Positions 1 to 12,104 of a stretch of 64,000 nucleotides of DNA are shown in pieces. Source of the DNA: Vicugna vicugna (lineage: Eukaryota); contig MU058009.1 in assembly GCA_013265495.1 (NCBI GenBank), positions 4,532,739 through 4,596,738 of the forward strand. The letters run 5' to 3'. The number at the start of each line of letters is the position of its first letter. Position 1 is the first letter of the stretch. The notes below the pieces were generated by a model. It was not told the DNA's origin, ran no database searches, and saw only the letters and a list, made by a program, of their open reading frames with translations. The translations under genes and the position numbers were made by a program.

Positions 1-830
1 ATTTGAATAGACATCCACCCAATGAAGACGCACAAACAGCCAGCATGCACGTGAGAAGACGCTTAGCGTCATTATTCATTAAGAAAATGCAAATCAAAGC
101 CACAATGAGTTTCCGCTCCACATCCGCTGGAATGGTTATAATCAAGAAGACAGATGAGAACAAGAATCGGTGAGGACGCACGGAAGTGAGAACCCTCACA
201 CGTTGCTGGTGCAATTGTGAGGCAGTTCAGCCACCTTAGAAGACAGCCTGGCAGTTCCTCAAAAGACTAAAGACAGAGGTGCCATGTGATCCACCGACTC
301 AACGCCTAGGCGTGGACACAAGAGGGGAGCGAACACTTCCATACGGCACCTGTGACGCAAACACTCATAACAGCGTGAACCAAAACAGACAAAAAGTGGA
401 CGCAACCCAAAGGCTCATCAGCAGCTGGATGGACGCGCAGGACGCGGCGGATCCGCCAATGGAGCGTCACTCGTCTGTAAAGAGAAACGAGGCGCCGACG
501 CCTGCTTTAGCGTGGATGGGCCTCGAGAACCGTAAGTGGAAGAAACCAAACACAAAGGGGCAAATACGGTTTCCAGTCACATGAAGTGTCCAGAAGGGGC
601 AGCTCTGCAGAGACGGGCGCCCACTGTTTGCCAGGGGCCGGGAGAGGGGCAAGCAGGGGCGACTGCTCGGGGCCTGGGCTTCTCTGTGGGGAGATGGAGC
701 TGCTCTAGACTTGGGTGGTGGTGGCTGCTTCGCAGCCTTGTGCTCGAACTAAGGCCACTGCATTGCACACTTGTTTAAACGGATGGATTTTTCTGGTAAA
801 TGAATATCCCTATAAAGATGTTTTTAAAAA
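1..830 (+). mobile_element. Old LINE-1 (L1MB-like), ORF2 end and 3' UTR, truncated by window start
   Basis: aagaaaatgcaaatcaaagccacaatgag, gagaaccctcacacgttgctggtg, ggcagttcctcaaaagactaaa, ccaggggccgggagagggg and the 3' end ccactgcattgcacactt...tataaagatgtt follow the L1M/L1MB 3' region in order; A-rich tail at about 825-850. Confidence 0.85.
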
Positions 831-1369
831 GCAAAACAAAACAAAAACAAAGAAGGCCTGTCAACTCCTGAGAAGTCGAAACAGAAGTTCTTGCGCTGAG
901 GAGGGAAGGCAGCCTCCCACATGTGGCTTCTCAGAAAAGAGCTCTTTCGTGTATTAATAGTTCAGTGCATCTGCTGAAGTCCCCATCCCTCCTTACTTGC
1001 CCACTGCTTCCTCTTCCTTCTCGAGACAACGAGCCATGCCCCGGCCAGGTCAGCCCATCTGCAATGCTTTAAACACTGCTCCATGCTCCCTCACAGCTCC
1101 ACACTGTCACCTCTGCGGCATCCTCTGCCCACCTGCCCTCCTCCCCGTGCATCCATCTGCTCGAGTCCTCTGTGGACTTGAAAACTGACACTGAGATACA
1201 ATCTCCGTCATCTCTCCCCGTCTGAGAGGTGAGTGTGGATAGACGCTCCTGGGCTCCCTGTGCAAGATGATGAGATGTGTTCATTCTGAAACATGACTGA
1301 GTGCCTAGCATGTCCCAGATTCCCTCTGGGGGTGGAAGAGTGGACAGACGATCCCCCACCCCCGCCACG

Positions 1370-2060
1370 TACACTGTGAAGCTTGCTGTCTAGAGGAGAA
1401 CACTGACACTGACACACGACCCTGGGACGCAGTGTGGGGTTGACCGGTGGGTGTGCTATGAGGTCAGGCCTATTACAGGGTCCGTCCTGCCCAGAGAGTC
1501 TGGGTGAGGGGTGGGGGTCATTTTCTGGGCAAAGGGATAAGCATATGCAAAGGCTTTGCGGAGACAGGAAGCAGGGTGACCTTGGGTGACTGTGGCTGCA
1601 GTGAAAAGGGTCAAATCATGCAAGAGGAGGCTGGACAGGCAGGAGCCAGGACTCACAGACTGCTGGGGAAAATGCTAAGATTTTTATCTTAAGATAGAGA
1701 GATAGGAGGGCATTAAATTGTGTGATGATGATGATGGTGATGATGATGGTAATGATGATGGTGGCGATGGTGGTGATGATGGTGATGGTGGTGGTGATGG
1801 TGATGGTGGTGATGGTGGTGATGATGGTAGTGATGGTGGTGATGATGCTGGTGATGGGGATGATGATGGTGATGGGGATGGGTGTTAGGGGCAGGACAGA
1901 CCAACATTGGGAACAAGGGCAGAAGTGGGAATGGGAGAACTGGTGCGGATGTTGTCCAGCAGGGTGGTGGTGGCAGCCGGGACAAGTGCGGTAGCAGGAG
2001 AGATGGGCAGAGCCAGAGAGACGTTTAGGAGGCAGAATGAACGAGCCTGGGGATGGACAG
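1370..2060 (-). mobile_element. L2 LINE fragment interrupted by a microsatellite
   Basis: gcttgctgtctagaggagaac, gggcaaagggataagcatatgcaaaggc and agagacgtttaggaggcagaatga resemble antisense L2; highly diverged. Confidence 0.55.
1723..1882. repeat. Compound (TGA/TGG)n trinucleotide microsatellite, about 160 bp
   Basis: Directly visible tgatgatgatggtgatgatg... array; source of the poly-His and poly-Met/Val ORFs. Confidence 0.95.
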
Positions 2061-2864
2061 CATGTGTGTCAAGTGTTAAAGCACTTCTCCCAGTGCTCTG
2101 TTGCCGTCTGTCTCTCACCCACGAGGCTTGGGCCTCAAGGACAGCTATCACCATCTCTGCCTCCCAGGGGCCTCTCAGTGCCTGGTATCTATCTAGCAGG
2201 TGCTTAACCCATGTGTGCTGGATTTAGCTGGTATGACCAGGAGACTTCCTAGAAAATACAAGTTCTCAGGAGCCGGTGGGGCAGCTAGAGAGTTGGGACT
2301 GAGTCAAACTGCCTGAGGTCACATCCTAATGCTTAAGAGGGAGGGCCAGATCCAGGTTACTCAGTTTCACGAATTCAGTGTGAACCCAGACTCCCTACGT
2401 GCCTTGGCGTGATGGGGTTTAATATTATCCCGGGTAAGATTAGACTCACAAGACCTGGACTGCTTTTCTCTTCTTGCTTCTCCTTTGATGAGAGAAGTGT
2501 AGGGAAGGGGAACAAAGGGTGATGAATTACACATGAACACACGCAGGGACTTCGCCAGCCACCCTAGCTCTGCTGAGCCCGTTTGTGATGGTCCACTCCA
2601 CCCCGTCTCTTGCAGGGTTTATTTATAGACTAAAACACACGTTTCCTATTTTTAATTGGCACAATTCAAGCAACTGACCACGATCAGAGGAACTCCACAC
2701 CATCGGAGTCTTTCTCATCCCATCTGCCTCTCTCTGGGGCCAGGAGATGCCTCCCGCTGGTGCTTCCTTTTGTCCCTTCCTCTCTGACACGCTGCCTCCC
2801 CTGAGAGTTCTGCTCGCCACACACACACTCAGAATCACAGGGTTTAATTTACCTCAGACAATTT

Positions 2865-3570
2865 CTAAGCCAGAGAGAGACCTTAGGGATCACCCAGCTC
2901 AACCTCCTCATTTTGCAGCTAAGGAAACACTTGCTCCCGTCCCAGCTCTGTCAAGTATCTGCTGCGAGGGGAAGACAGTCCCAGGGCCTCTTCAACGAGT
3001 CTCTCTCTCACACCAGGGCCCCGGGCGCTGGTCTCAGACCTTTCCCCTGCTTCAGCTTGGTCACAATTTCTTTTGCTGTGCGATCTCAACTCCCCCTGTA
3101 ATTCACAGCACGTCCTTGGCCACGCGACTAAATGTCTCTAACCTCCATTTCCCAAACTGCAAAGCAGGGTGGTGGTGCAGGCCACTCACGGGCCCCGGGG
3201 AGGGGCACATGGTAGGTGAATATTAAGTGGTTTAATCTCAGTGCCTGCCACTGACAAATGTCAGTATCACGGGCTCTTTGATTCTACTTCTAGATTTATT
3301 TATTTATATATATTTTTGGCCAGCAACTCTCACTTTTCGAGAACTTCATGAGCTTCGGGAGGCACCACCATACAAATTCTCCCCCACACACCACTTATTT
3401 CATCTTGTGAAAATCCACCCGGGCAGGTTTACTACTTCACATGTTAACAGTGAGGCGGTAAAGGTGCAGAGAGAGGTTACACAAGTTGCCTCATGTCACA
3501 CAGCGACAGAGGAGAAGGGGAGAAGCTGAGATGTGTACCCAGTTCTGACCTCAGAACCCAAGGTCTCAGG
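2865..3570. mobile_element. Cluster of MIR SINE fragments
   Basis: gaccttagggatcacccagctcaacctcctcattttgcagctaaggaaac (antisense), ctctaacctccatttcccaaactgcaaa (sense), gagaggttacacaagttgcctcatgtcacacagc (antisense core). Confidence 0.6.
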
Positions 3571-4849
3571 ACTTGGAGACCACCGCTGGAAGCGGCCCCC
3601 ACCCGCCTGGCCCCAAAAGGCGTCATCCTTGCCCCCCAGCTCCTGGCCGTTCAGTCTGCACTCGGTGTGAAGGTCACGGGGGATCCACGTAGGGTGTGGA
3701 GCAGGTGTGGCCCTCCTCTGATTATCCGGAACAGTAGGTGGTGCCCACCACGCTGAGTAGGAGATGGGACCAGATAAGGGACACAGGTGACGTTCTGGTG
3801 TCCTCTTAGTCACCAGCCTCTTCTCGGTTCCTGCCTCAGATTCCTGGGCCCTCATCTTGTTCTCCTGGGCCAGAGGATATCCATGCAGAAGGGAGTTCGA
3901 GAAGGGCCAGCCCTGCCCAGCGTGTGACCATCCCGGCTGTCCAGCCTCTGGGCAGACTCGCCGGTGCCGCCAGTCTCCAGCCTCGGTTCTGCTGGACTGA
4001 AGCCCTGCCCACTGGGGCAGGTGGCAGGACACCTGGGCTGAGAACAGGACACACGTGTCCACATTCGGGATTTCACAGCCCCACCTCCGACCCTGCCATC
4101 AACTCCTGACCTTCCTGATTTTTTTCTTCCCAACAACCTGTCAGCAGGTGCTCTCTGATACTACCTTTGTGTGTCCATCTTTTATTTAAAAAACCTTTTA
4201 CTGAAGTGCAGTTAATTTACAATGTTAGTCTCAGGAGTGCTGCTCCCGGCCCCAAATACTAAAGGCCTCCTTTTGAATGGGGAGTGGTGGGGGCAACGGG
4301 CTTCTCCCACGTCCCTTCCTCAGAATTTGTCCAGTCAGCCACCTGACATCCAGTTTTCTGGGTCTGGAGCCCTTTGGAAGGCCTGGCGACAGCCTCCCTG
4401 ACCTGCTCCACCCTCACGCGGCACCTGTGACCTGGGGGTGTTGACCGGCTCCTGCCCCAGCTGCGCCAGCTGCGTCCCACCCCAGAGCTTTCCAGTGATG
4501 GAGTGGGCTGCGTGTCCCTAACGTGCTGCGTCCCTGTACCGAGCAACCCTGGAGTCTGGGTGGAATGTCAGCTGAGCTGCCGCGCCTTCCCCAGGCCTCA
4601 CCCTCGGACTATCCGCCAGGAATCCGTCTAGATTCGGCCCAGTAATTCCCCTGCCGCCGACCGCGCTGCCCAGAGGAGGCCTTTGCCCTCACCCTGCGCT
4701 CAGGATGCAGGCACATGGGCCCAGCTCTGAGACAGGACTGAAGGAGCAAGTCCACGGGGTCCTCCGCCCTGGGAGGAATGTGGGACCTGGAAAATCTGGA
4801 GGCAGTGGGACGGGGCACGGAGGGAAGAGGGCAGGGCCGCGGCTGGGGG

Positions 4850-5010
4850 TCTCTCTCCTGCCCAGTGATTGTGGGGAGACCGGGACCCCAGACTCAGTAG
4901 TTTGTAACATGGGGACGATAAAACTTCCCTCCAAAACTTCCAGTTGTGACTGAACGAGATCCTAAAAGTAAGTGCAGTTTAAAGCCCGCTGTGGCATGTG
5001 CCTCTAATTC
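4850..5010 (+). mobile_element. MIR fragment
   Basis: gactcagtagtttgtaacatggggacgataaaact...gttgtgactgaacgagat resembles the MIR core and tail. Confidence 0.5.
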
Positions 5011-5377
5011 AGTGGTCCCGTGAGAGACCACAGGAGCCTGGCTCCGGGCCTCTGTCCTGGGGGGCAGGGCTGGCTGTCATCTACCACGCACAGCCCAGAA
5101 GCTCTCCCTGCCCCAGACACCTCCTGACACACTCCCTTTTAACTCGCTTCCATGACAGACCCATACAAGACAAGGTTCCCAGTGCAAAAGAACATGACAA
5201 CACCTCTGCACTGGGAGGCAGCCAGCCAGCAGGCGCCCAGGACAGTTCCTGCGTGAGTCCTTCGGCAAATCTCTGAAACTTCTCTCAAGTCCAACAGATC
5301 TGGAGAGTCTGGAAATCAGGGCTGATTTCGCACTGCCTTACACTGGGGGAGGGGGAGGGGTCCGTGACGGAGCATCG

Positions 5378-5600
5378 CTGATAAAAACATGATAACCGAG
5401 TCTCATTACAGCCAAAGACAAGTCTCATATTTTAGCATTTTTATTAAAGCTTTTTAAATTACTGAGTGTCTGGTGTGTTCAATGCCAGCCTAAGTGATTT
5501 ATATTAGTCTATCCCTAGACACTCCATCTAATAAATAACACGGCAATCTCCTAACCCATAAATATCCCCTGCCCCAGCAAAACGCAATTAAAGCACGTTA
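5378..5600. promoter_or_regulatory. AT-rich unique segment with clustered GATA/homeodomain motifs (candidate enhancer)
   Basis: Two TGATAA sites near 5378-5395, TGATTTAT (PBX-HOX type) at 5495-5502, CCATAAA and several ATTA/TAAT cores in an otherwise GC-rich context; motif evidence only. Confidence 0.3.
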
Positions 5601-6039
5601 GGAAAAAAAAATGTGGCTCCCCCGTATCCCAGATGGCAGCGTCACTGGACGCTCCCAGTGGAGTGATGCATGCCAGTTCCCGGGGGGGCAGATCGCCTTT
5701 GCTCACCACTCACCCGCCAGCAGTTTACATTCCTGTTCCCTTCAGAAACGAAACACATCCGAAACCATCTTGAAATGTTTGCCACGTCATCGCGATGCAG
5801 GCGCTTTATCACGAAAACCTTATTCCCGGCTACAAATGCTCTGTAATATTTTGGATAGCTCAGGCTGAAAATACGGTGCAAAGCCTTTTCACGAAAGCAG
5901 TGGTGCCAAACATGTTTAAAACACATCAAGTGTCAAGGCAGCCGACTTTAGGTCGTTAGAGGGGCCTAAGTTGCTAGCCCAGAAACTTCCGGTTAATGAG
6001 GTTCGGCCACTGCGCCAGGGGAGAGGCGCTGATACTCAC

Positions 6040-6088
6040 GACCCTGGCTTCACTCAGTGCGCTCAGCAGCAAAAAGAGACCTCTCTTC
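6040..6088 (-). pseudogene. Candidate 49-nt exon (left minus-strand chain)
   Basis: Acceptor gttttcttcag|G and consensus donor GTC|GTGAGT on the minus strand; phase-0 frame reads EERSLFAAERTE*. Confidence 0.3.
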
Positions 6089-6444
6089 CTGAAGAAAACC
6101 TCTTCTCTGGGCTTCCCTGATCCTCCAGGGTGTGTGAAAGAGAAAAAACTGGGTCCCCACATTCTACTTGTATAAACTGCTCTGCTCTGCCTTGCATTCA
6201 GCACGCCGGCACCCAGGTAGCAGAGGGAAAAGGCTCCCAGCCAGACGCTTCTCATTATATTCGGGGACGCTTACAGGAACAATTGACTTGAGCAGGCAAA
6301 GGTGGCCCCAGTCCAGGTCTTACAGGGGTTCATCAACTGCAGTCCCAGTGAGCCCACGGCACACTCAGGACGCGTTTGAGTCTTGCAGGCTTTAATTTGA
6401 TGTGTCTTCTCATAGTACTTCCAATCATGTTACTAAACACCGTC

Positions 6445-6560
6445 TAATACTTTCTTTTCAGATTCTTTTCCAATAGATGCTGTTACAAGAAGTTGAATAT
6501 AGTTCCCTGTGCTGTACAGGAGCTCCTTACTGTGTATGCACTTTGTATATGATAGTATGA
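6445..6560 (-). mobile_element. Artiodactyl-type L1 3' UTR fragment
   Basis: tttcagattcttttccaatagatgctgttacaagaagttgaatatagttccctgtgctgtacag is the characteristic antisense L1 3' end. Confidence 0.8.
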
Positions 6561-6598
6561 GACACTGCCCACTTTTATTCACTTCACTTCCCACATAC

Positions 6599-6983
6599 CG
6601 GTCGCATATGTACTGTTGAGGGAGGGGAGAATCCGCCTTCTGTGATCGCACGGGAGCCCATGACACCCCGTTCACACGTCTTTTTGCTCCAGAGCATTCG
6701 ATGAGGTATGTCAGGCAGCCGTGATGTCACTACCCTTGAACTTGATTTTAGAGCTCTGAAGTGGGGACATTTGGAAGGAACACACCTTCCCCCCTTCCAC
6801 TGCTTCATTTATGGGGAAGAGGAGCAGTAAGGAGGCCTCACTCCCGCGGCGCGGTGTCAGAGGGTCTGGGTCACGTGGTGAGGGCTTGGATGGAGAGCGT
6901 TTATTTTTGCACACAGAACGTCCTTCCCTTTGCTTGTACATGGGAGGTATGTCACAGCCAGACGCTCGGAGCTCCCCAGGATT
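6599..6983 (-). pseudogene. Candidate 385-nt disrupted exon (left minus-strand chain)
   Basis: Acceptor tatgtttgcag|AAT, donor CCG|GTATGT; phase-0 frame NPGELRASGCDIPPMYKQ... is open to a TGA at 6711-6713, and the distal half is open in another frame (MKQWKGG...VHMRP). Confidence 0.3.
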
Positions 6984-7664
6984 CTGCAAACATAGTATCC
7001 CATTTTCAAAGGACTCAATGCAATCTTTTGAAATATTCATACATATTTACATGATTGAAACAACACCCTACTTTGAGGCACAGCGAAGTTTGACTCCCAT
7101 CCTTACCCCTGCTCTCTGTGACCTCGCAGCCCATAACCCGTCTCATTGTGTTTATCTATCTAGTGTTTACTGAGCATGACAAGCAACAATATGTCATCAT
7201 CACCCTTCCTAAGGCAGAAGGTATTAGAGAAGGCTCCGTATTTATAAAAACATGCCTGGTGCATTTTCAGAGCCGCGTTGTATTCCTCTGTGTTCATGTG
7301 CTACAGTTTGTCTGACTGGTGTCCTATTCACAGATATGTGAGTTAAAATCTATTTCCATTTTCCGCTATTACAAGGTGACTCAAAATGCCATGTGCGTGT
7401 GTCTGTGTGTGTTTTGCCACACGAGTGTGCACACATGGGATGGAGCCCCACGCAAGCAGTGGTTTAAAGTGCAGACACAGCTGCAGCTGTGCTGGTTGCC
7501 GGGGGACCTCCTCCCGCGGGCCTGGCCGTGGCGCGCGTCCACCAGCCCCCTAGGAGGCCACCCGGCCCCCGGCCGCCTCGTCCGCGGCGCGCGGCACGCC
7601 GCCCTGGGACTTCCGCCAGCACGGTCAGTGAAGGCTGGTGTTGCTGCGTGCTTTGACCGCGTGT

Positions 7665-7765
7665 TTTTCGTTAACTGAAGTGCAGCGGAGGCACGATGTG
7701 CGTTAGTTTCTGGTGTGCAGCACAGCGATTCAGTCACGCACAGTCTCTCTTCATATTCTTTGAGG
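7665..7765 (-). mobile_element. L1 3' tail fragment
   Basis: ttaactgaagtgcag...gttagtttctggtgtgcagcacagcgattcagt...ttcatattcttt. Confidence 0.7.
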
Positions 7766-7904
7766 ACGGTTTGCACGGTTTTCTGTGAACTTTCCCTTCA
7801 CGTCCTTCGCCTGGGCTTGCAGGGCGTCTTTGTGTGTTTTTCTTTTTTTTTTTTTTTAAATAAATCATCTTTCTAAGCACGTCAGTCAGAGCTAATTCGC
7901 CGCG

Positions 7905-8120
7905 ATGGTGGGAGCTGGGCCCCGGGAGGCGGCCGGCCTGCCCCGCTTCAGGCTGCCACGACTTCCTGCTGTGTGACTTCAGGGGGTTAGCAGCCCATTT
8001 GTGCCTCACTTTTTTTTTCCATCTATAAAGTAGAGCCACGAGCCGTACGCAACAGGCAGGAGTGCTGCAAGGTTTACCTGCGGCAGTCGGTGTCAGGTGC
8101 TTAGAACAGAGCTGGCTGGG
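7905..8120 (+). mobile_element. MIR SINE
   Basis: ctgctgtgtgacttcagggggttagcagcccatttgtgcctcactttttttccatctataaagtagag matches the MIR core. Confidence 0.7.
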
Positions 8121-9147
8121 TGGTCAGCGCCCCCCGGCCTCAGGGGTTGTCCAGCCCCCCCCCGAAGGAGTTCTCTGCTGCCTCGCGGACTGGACATTGG
8201 CCTACGCCACCACCGGGCAAAGGACGGCAGGGTGCTCCTGCCTACCCCCCAGGCCACAGGGAGGGGAGAGGCCTGACCGGGGCCCAGACGCACTTGGTAA
8301 GAGTCAGTCTGACCGTTAGTCCCTGCAAGCACCCACAGCTGTGGCCGACGCGCATGATTGACAAGCCTGTGCGCCAAGCACACAGGGCGCTTAGATACGT
8401 GTCACAGAGACGTGTCAGGTCGGGGGACACGGTGAGACGAGGAGGGAAGAGTCGCGCCTGTGCCGGCTCAGCGGGGAGTGAGACCTCACTTTCCTCACTT
8501 TGAGCTAAAATTGGTAAAATTCCTTCTTCCTTCTTTGGGAAATGAAAGAGAAGAAAGACTAAAATGTGTCCAGGGGAGGTGAGGTAATTACGGGCAGGGA
8601 CGGGCAGGGCGGGGCTGGCAAAGTGGATCAGGGCACACAGGCATCTACCGGGTCCCTAACCACATTCGTCCGTCAGATAAGGGGTGGGGGGGGTCAGAAA
8701 GGAAGGGACGGTGGGCATCTCTCAGGAGGGAAACGGGAGGGACCCCAGGCCTTGGTTTCAGGGATGGCAGGCGGAGAAGATGGCTACTCCCAGAGAGTTT
8801 CAGCCAAGGCAGAGACAGGGAGTCTGGCGAGGCCAGCAGCTGGGTTCCCAATGCACCAGAGGCGGCGTGCTGCCTCTGGAGGAAACGAGAGCCTCCCTCC
8901 AAGTGTGACGGCACAGCCTCCGTCACACTTACTCTCTCAGGGAGAAGATCAGGATGGTGACGTTCCGTCCGTTTTACTGGAATATTTTTCTAATCCGTAA
9001 ATTAGATCTCTCCTAATTTTGCCGAATCGGAACGTGGAAGCCCCCATGGAGAGAGCTTTCGGACACAGCCAGCAGCCCTAGTGACACAGGGAAAGTGAAC
9101 GTGGGCGAGAGGAGGCTGTGCCCCAGGCCCAGGCGGAGCCCCTGGGA

Positions 9148-9613
9148 CGCGCCCCGCCGAGTGTGGGTCCCGGGCTTCGCGCAGGAAAGAATTCAAGAGC
9201 GAGCCACTGCTGAGTAAAGGCAGATGTATTTAGAGAGATGCACACTGCGTGGGGGGCAGGCTGTCTCAGAAGGCCGCAGAGAGGCCACGAGGTGCGGGCT
9301 GTCAGTTTCATGGGCCCGGTCGCTCCACATGCTAACAAGTGGGAAGGGGCTGGGGTTCCCAGGAATCCAGTCACCGCCCACCTTGTGACCCTTTATGGTC
9401 AGCTCGGAGCTGTCCTGGCATCTGTGGGGGCGCTGTTTCCCATGCTCACATATTACAGTGAGCACAGAATGAAGCTCAAGGTCCACCAGAGGTCAAATCT
9501 CCCGCCATCTTGGGCCTCAAGGCCCGCTGGGACTTGAATTTTCCGCCACTTTGGTGTTAACTGCTGCGTTGCTTCTTGAATGGCTGTGCCCTGCCCCCTT
9601 CTTTCCTGTCTCA
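9148..9613 (-). mobile_element. Solo LTR, ERV1-like
   Basis: ggcttcgcgcaggaaagaattcaagagcgagcc, ccaccagaggtcaaatctcccgccatcttgg and terminal cctgtctca (minus strand begins TGAGACAGG) are typical of antisense ERV1-class LTRs; about 465 bp, no internal sequence. Confidence 0.7.
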
Positions 9614-10154
9614 CCAGTGGGGACCCCACGTTTAGACACTGGCATGGGAGGACCCTCCCTCCCTGGAGACGGTGCCCAGGGGCATGTACTGACGGAGGGG
9701 GAGGAGGCCCACAGAAGCCCTCCCACGATAGATGATTAACTTCCGATGGCTCTCACTTCCCGAGGTGTGTAAAAACGAGCGCTCGGACCCGGAACCTGCC
9801 GTGGCACTTCTCAAGGTGATGAAGGCTTGCTCCAGTTAGAGGCCACACTCCTGAGAGCGCCAGAAGCAGAGGCGCGAGCATCTGAGGGGCTTCAGAGCAA
9901 AGTCAGTGTCAAGAGAGACTCGGAAAGCTTGTCCGGCTCCCTCCCTCTGACTCTGGCCCAGACTGACCAGCCTGCCAAGCTGGCCGGGGTGGGTTTAGGG
10001 GCTGGGGGAGGGGGCCGAGGGCACCTGAAATAAGGGGGAACTCAGAGACAAGAAGAGGGAGAGGAGGCATGAAAGGAAATAGGGTGGAAGGAAAGTGAGC
10101 GTTTTGAAGAACTCTTCCGAGCTCAGAAACAGGAACCGAATTCCTACCCCCAGC

Positions 10155-10190
10155 GCACGCACACACACGTGCACACACACGCGCACACAC
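10155..10190. repeat. Imperfect (CA)n microsatellite
   Basis: gcacgcacacacacgtgcacacacacgcgcacacac. Confidence 0.8.
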
Positions 10191-11374
10191 CTGCTCTAAA
10201 AGCAAAGGAGACTGGAAGGCACAGGCTCCCAGGCGCATGCTAGGGCAGAGGTCCGCCACCTCCTCTCCAACACGCAGGGTCGTATACATTCATCCGCTCA
10301 TTTCACCCCCGGATTCAGTGGCAGCTAAAAGCCAGATGAGGCACAACAGTGTTAACAATCACAACCACGTGTGGAGCAGAGTGTTCACACAGGGCAGCGG
10401 CCAGGAACAGACTCTCCTCCGCCCGAGGCCCTTAAAACATCTTTGAAAAATCGAGAGATCTCAAGGGACCTCCTGGTTAAGGAGGAACACCTAATTCCCC
10501 AAGGACAAAGTAAAAGCTTTCAAGGCTTGAATGGTGTCCAATTAAAAGCTAAAATCACTTAGCAAGGTTTTAGCTTCATCCCTTATCTGTTTTCCGAAGT
10601 ACATCTTTAGCCATGTCATTTTTTGTTGTTGTTTTGTTTTGTTTTACCTCTGCTTCTTCAGCCTCAAACAGTGTCTGGTGTAACTGGAACAGAGATATAT
10701 TCAGCACGTGCCGGTTATACACAGACGGACAATATCAGCCCTCTCCCCTCGTGAGCTTGATAATAAATGTCACACACAGCGGGGGAGCTCACACAAACAC
10801 TGACTCGTCTCGCAGACACAGAACGGCTCCCAGGGCAGGCAGGATGCGACCTGCCACTAACCTGATCTATGGAGTCCGCACCCAGAAATCCAGCCGCGGA
10901 GCGGGCGAGTCTGAGGGACGGGGCTGCGTGTTTCACCCACTGCTGCCCGAGGGGAGGCCTGCCCGACAGGCCGACCGCCCCGGCTGGGCTCCTGCGGCAG
11001 AAAGCATTTCTAGGAATAGGGGGGGCGTTGCACCAGAACGATGGGGTGCCATGAAACATGTGAACTGGGCAATGATGTCCTGACTACATGAATCTGCCTC
11101 CTTCTAATTTAAATTCAGCTTCCCATTTAGACTTCGCGTAAGAAGAGAAAGGACTAAAGCAGAGTCCTTGGGCTGCGCGCACTGTGGGCGCGGCTCCTCT
11201 GCAAGTCGATAAACTGCCTTGAGAGCCTGACTGTGCGCCTCCCTGGAGAGGGGTGGCAGGCGTTCTCAGCGCCCCACAGAACAAAGCTCCTGAGCCTTGA
11301 GAACCAAGAGGCGCACAGGGCGACCCAAGGAGCTGCTTTGTGCCCGGCGTGGCTGGTCAGATCTCAACTTGTCA

Positions 11375-11447
11375 GGGCCCGCTCTGAGTCGGGGTCCCCT
11401 CTGAGTCGGGGCCCCTCTGAGTCGGGGCCCCCTCTGAGCCTGGGCCC
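11375..11447. repeat. Minisatellite, 16-17-bp unit (ctctgagtcggggyccc), about 4 copies
   Basis: gggcccgctctgagtcggggtcccctctgagtcggggcccctctgagtcggggccccctctgagcctgggccc. Confidence 0.9.
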
Positions 11448-12031
11448 GTTGATCTGTCCTGTCTCAGCAGTGAGGCATCAAGGTCCCTGGAGGGCTGGGA
11501 AAGCACAGGTGGCAGGGACCCCCCCCAGTGTCTAGCCTGGCAGGTCTCAGCAGGAGTTCTGCGGGGCGTAGGTGTCCCTCCTACACAGGGAGATCCCTTG
11601 AGATCTCTTGAGTTTGTAAATATTTTAATACTTAATCGAGTGTTTCCCTTTTTAACAAGCCCCAGGTGACGCAGACGCCACGGGTCTGGGGACCGCATTT
11701 TGGAGACCCGCAGTGTAGCCGCCTTCGGATTGGTTGGAAAGACGGTACGTGGGACCACTTCCCATCCATACGGGAGATTCCGCCTCTTTCAGAGGAGGGG
11801 GGACGGCTCCCCCCTCATGAAGCTGGCCCCTGCCTTGCTCTCCAACACGCCCTGCGTTTATCTGCAAGTCTGTGGCTAACAGCAGCTGCAGTCAGTTGAC
11901 ATTTCGTTCACAAAACAAGGAAAGGTTTCTTTTTTAAGAAAAGCACCCTGAATACAGTAAACAGTGTTATCACCCAACCCAGGTGCTCTGTTCTCTGGGA
12001 GGCCTGCAGGCAGGCGGCAGCTCCAGCTTAC

Positions 12032-12104
12032 GGACCGGCTCTGGTTCCTTGTGTCTCGAACATATGTGTCTCCTTCTTCTCCACTTGCAGAACTCCTACC
12101 CATC
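12032..12104 (-). pseudogene. Candidate 73-nt exon (left minus-strand chain)
   Basis: Acceptor ggttttatag|G, donor TCC|GTAAGC; open frame MGRSSASGEEGDTYVRDTRNQSRS (phase 2 in, phase 0 out). Confidence 0.3.

Noticed and set aside
1713..1994. Poly-His and poly-Met/Val ORFs
   Set aside because: Translations of a (TGA/TGG)n microsatellite inside an L2 fragment; no gene context
11375..11447. Short direct repeats as a mini CRISPR-like array
   Set aside because: The units are head-to-tail with no spacers; an ordinary minisatellite
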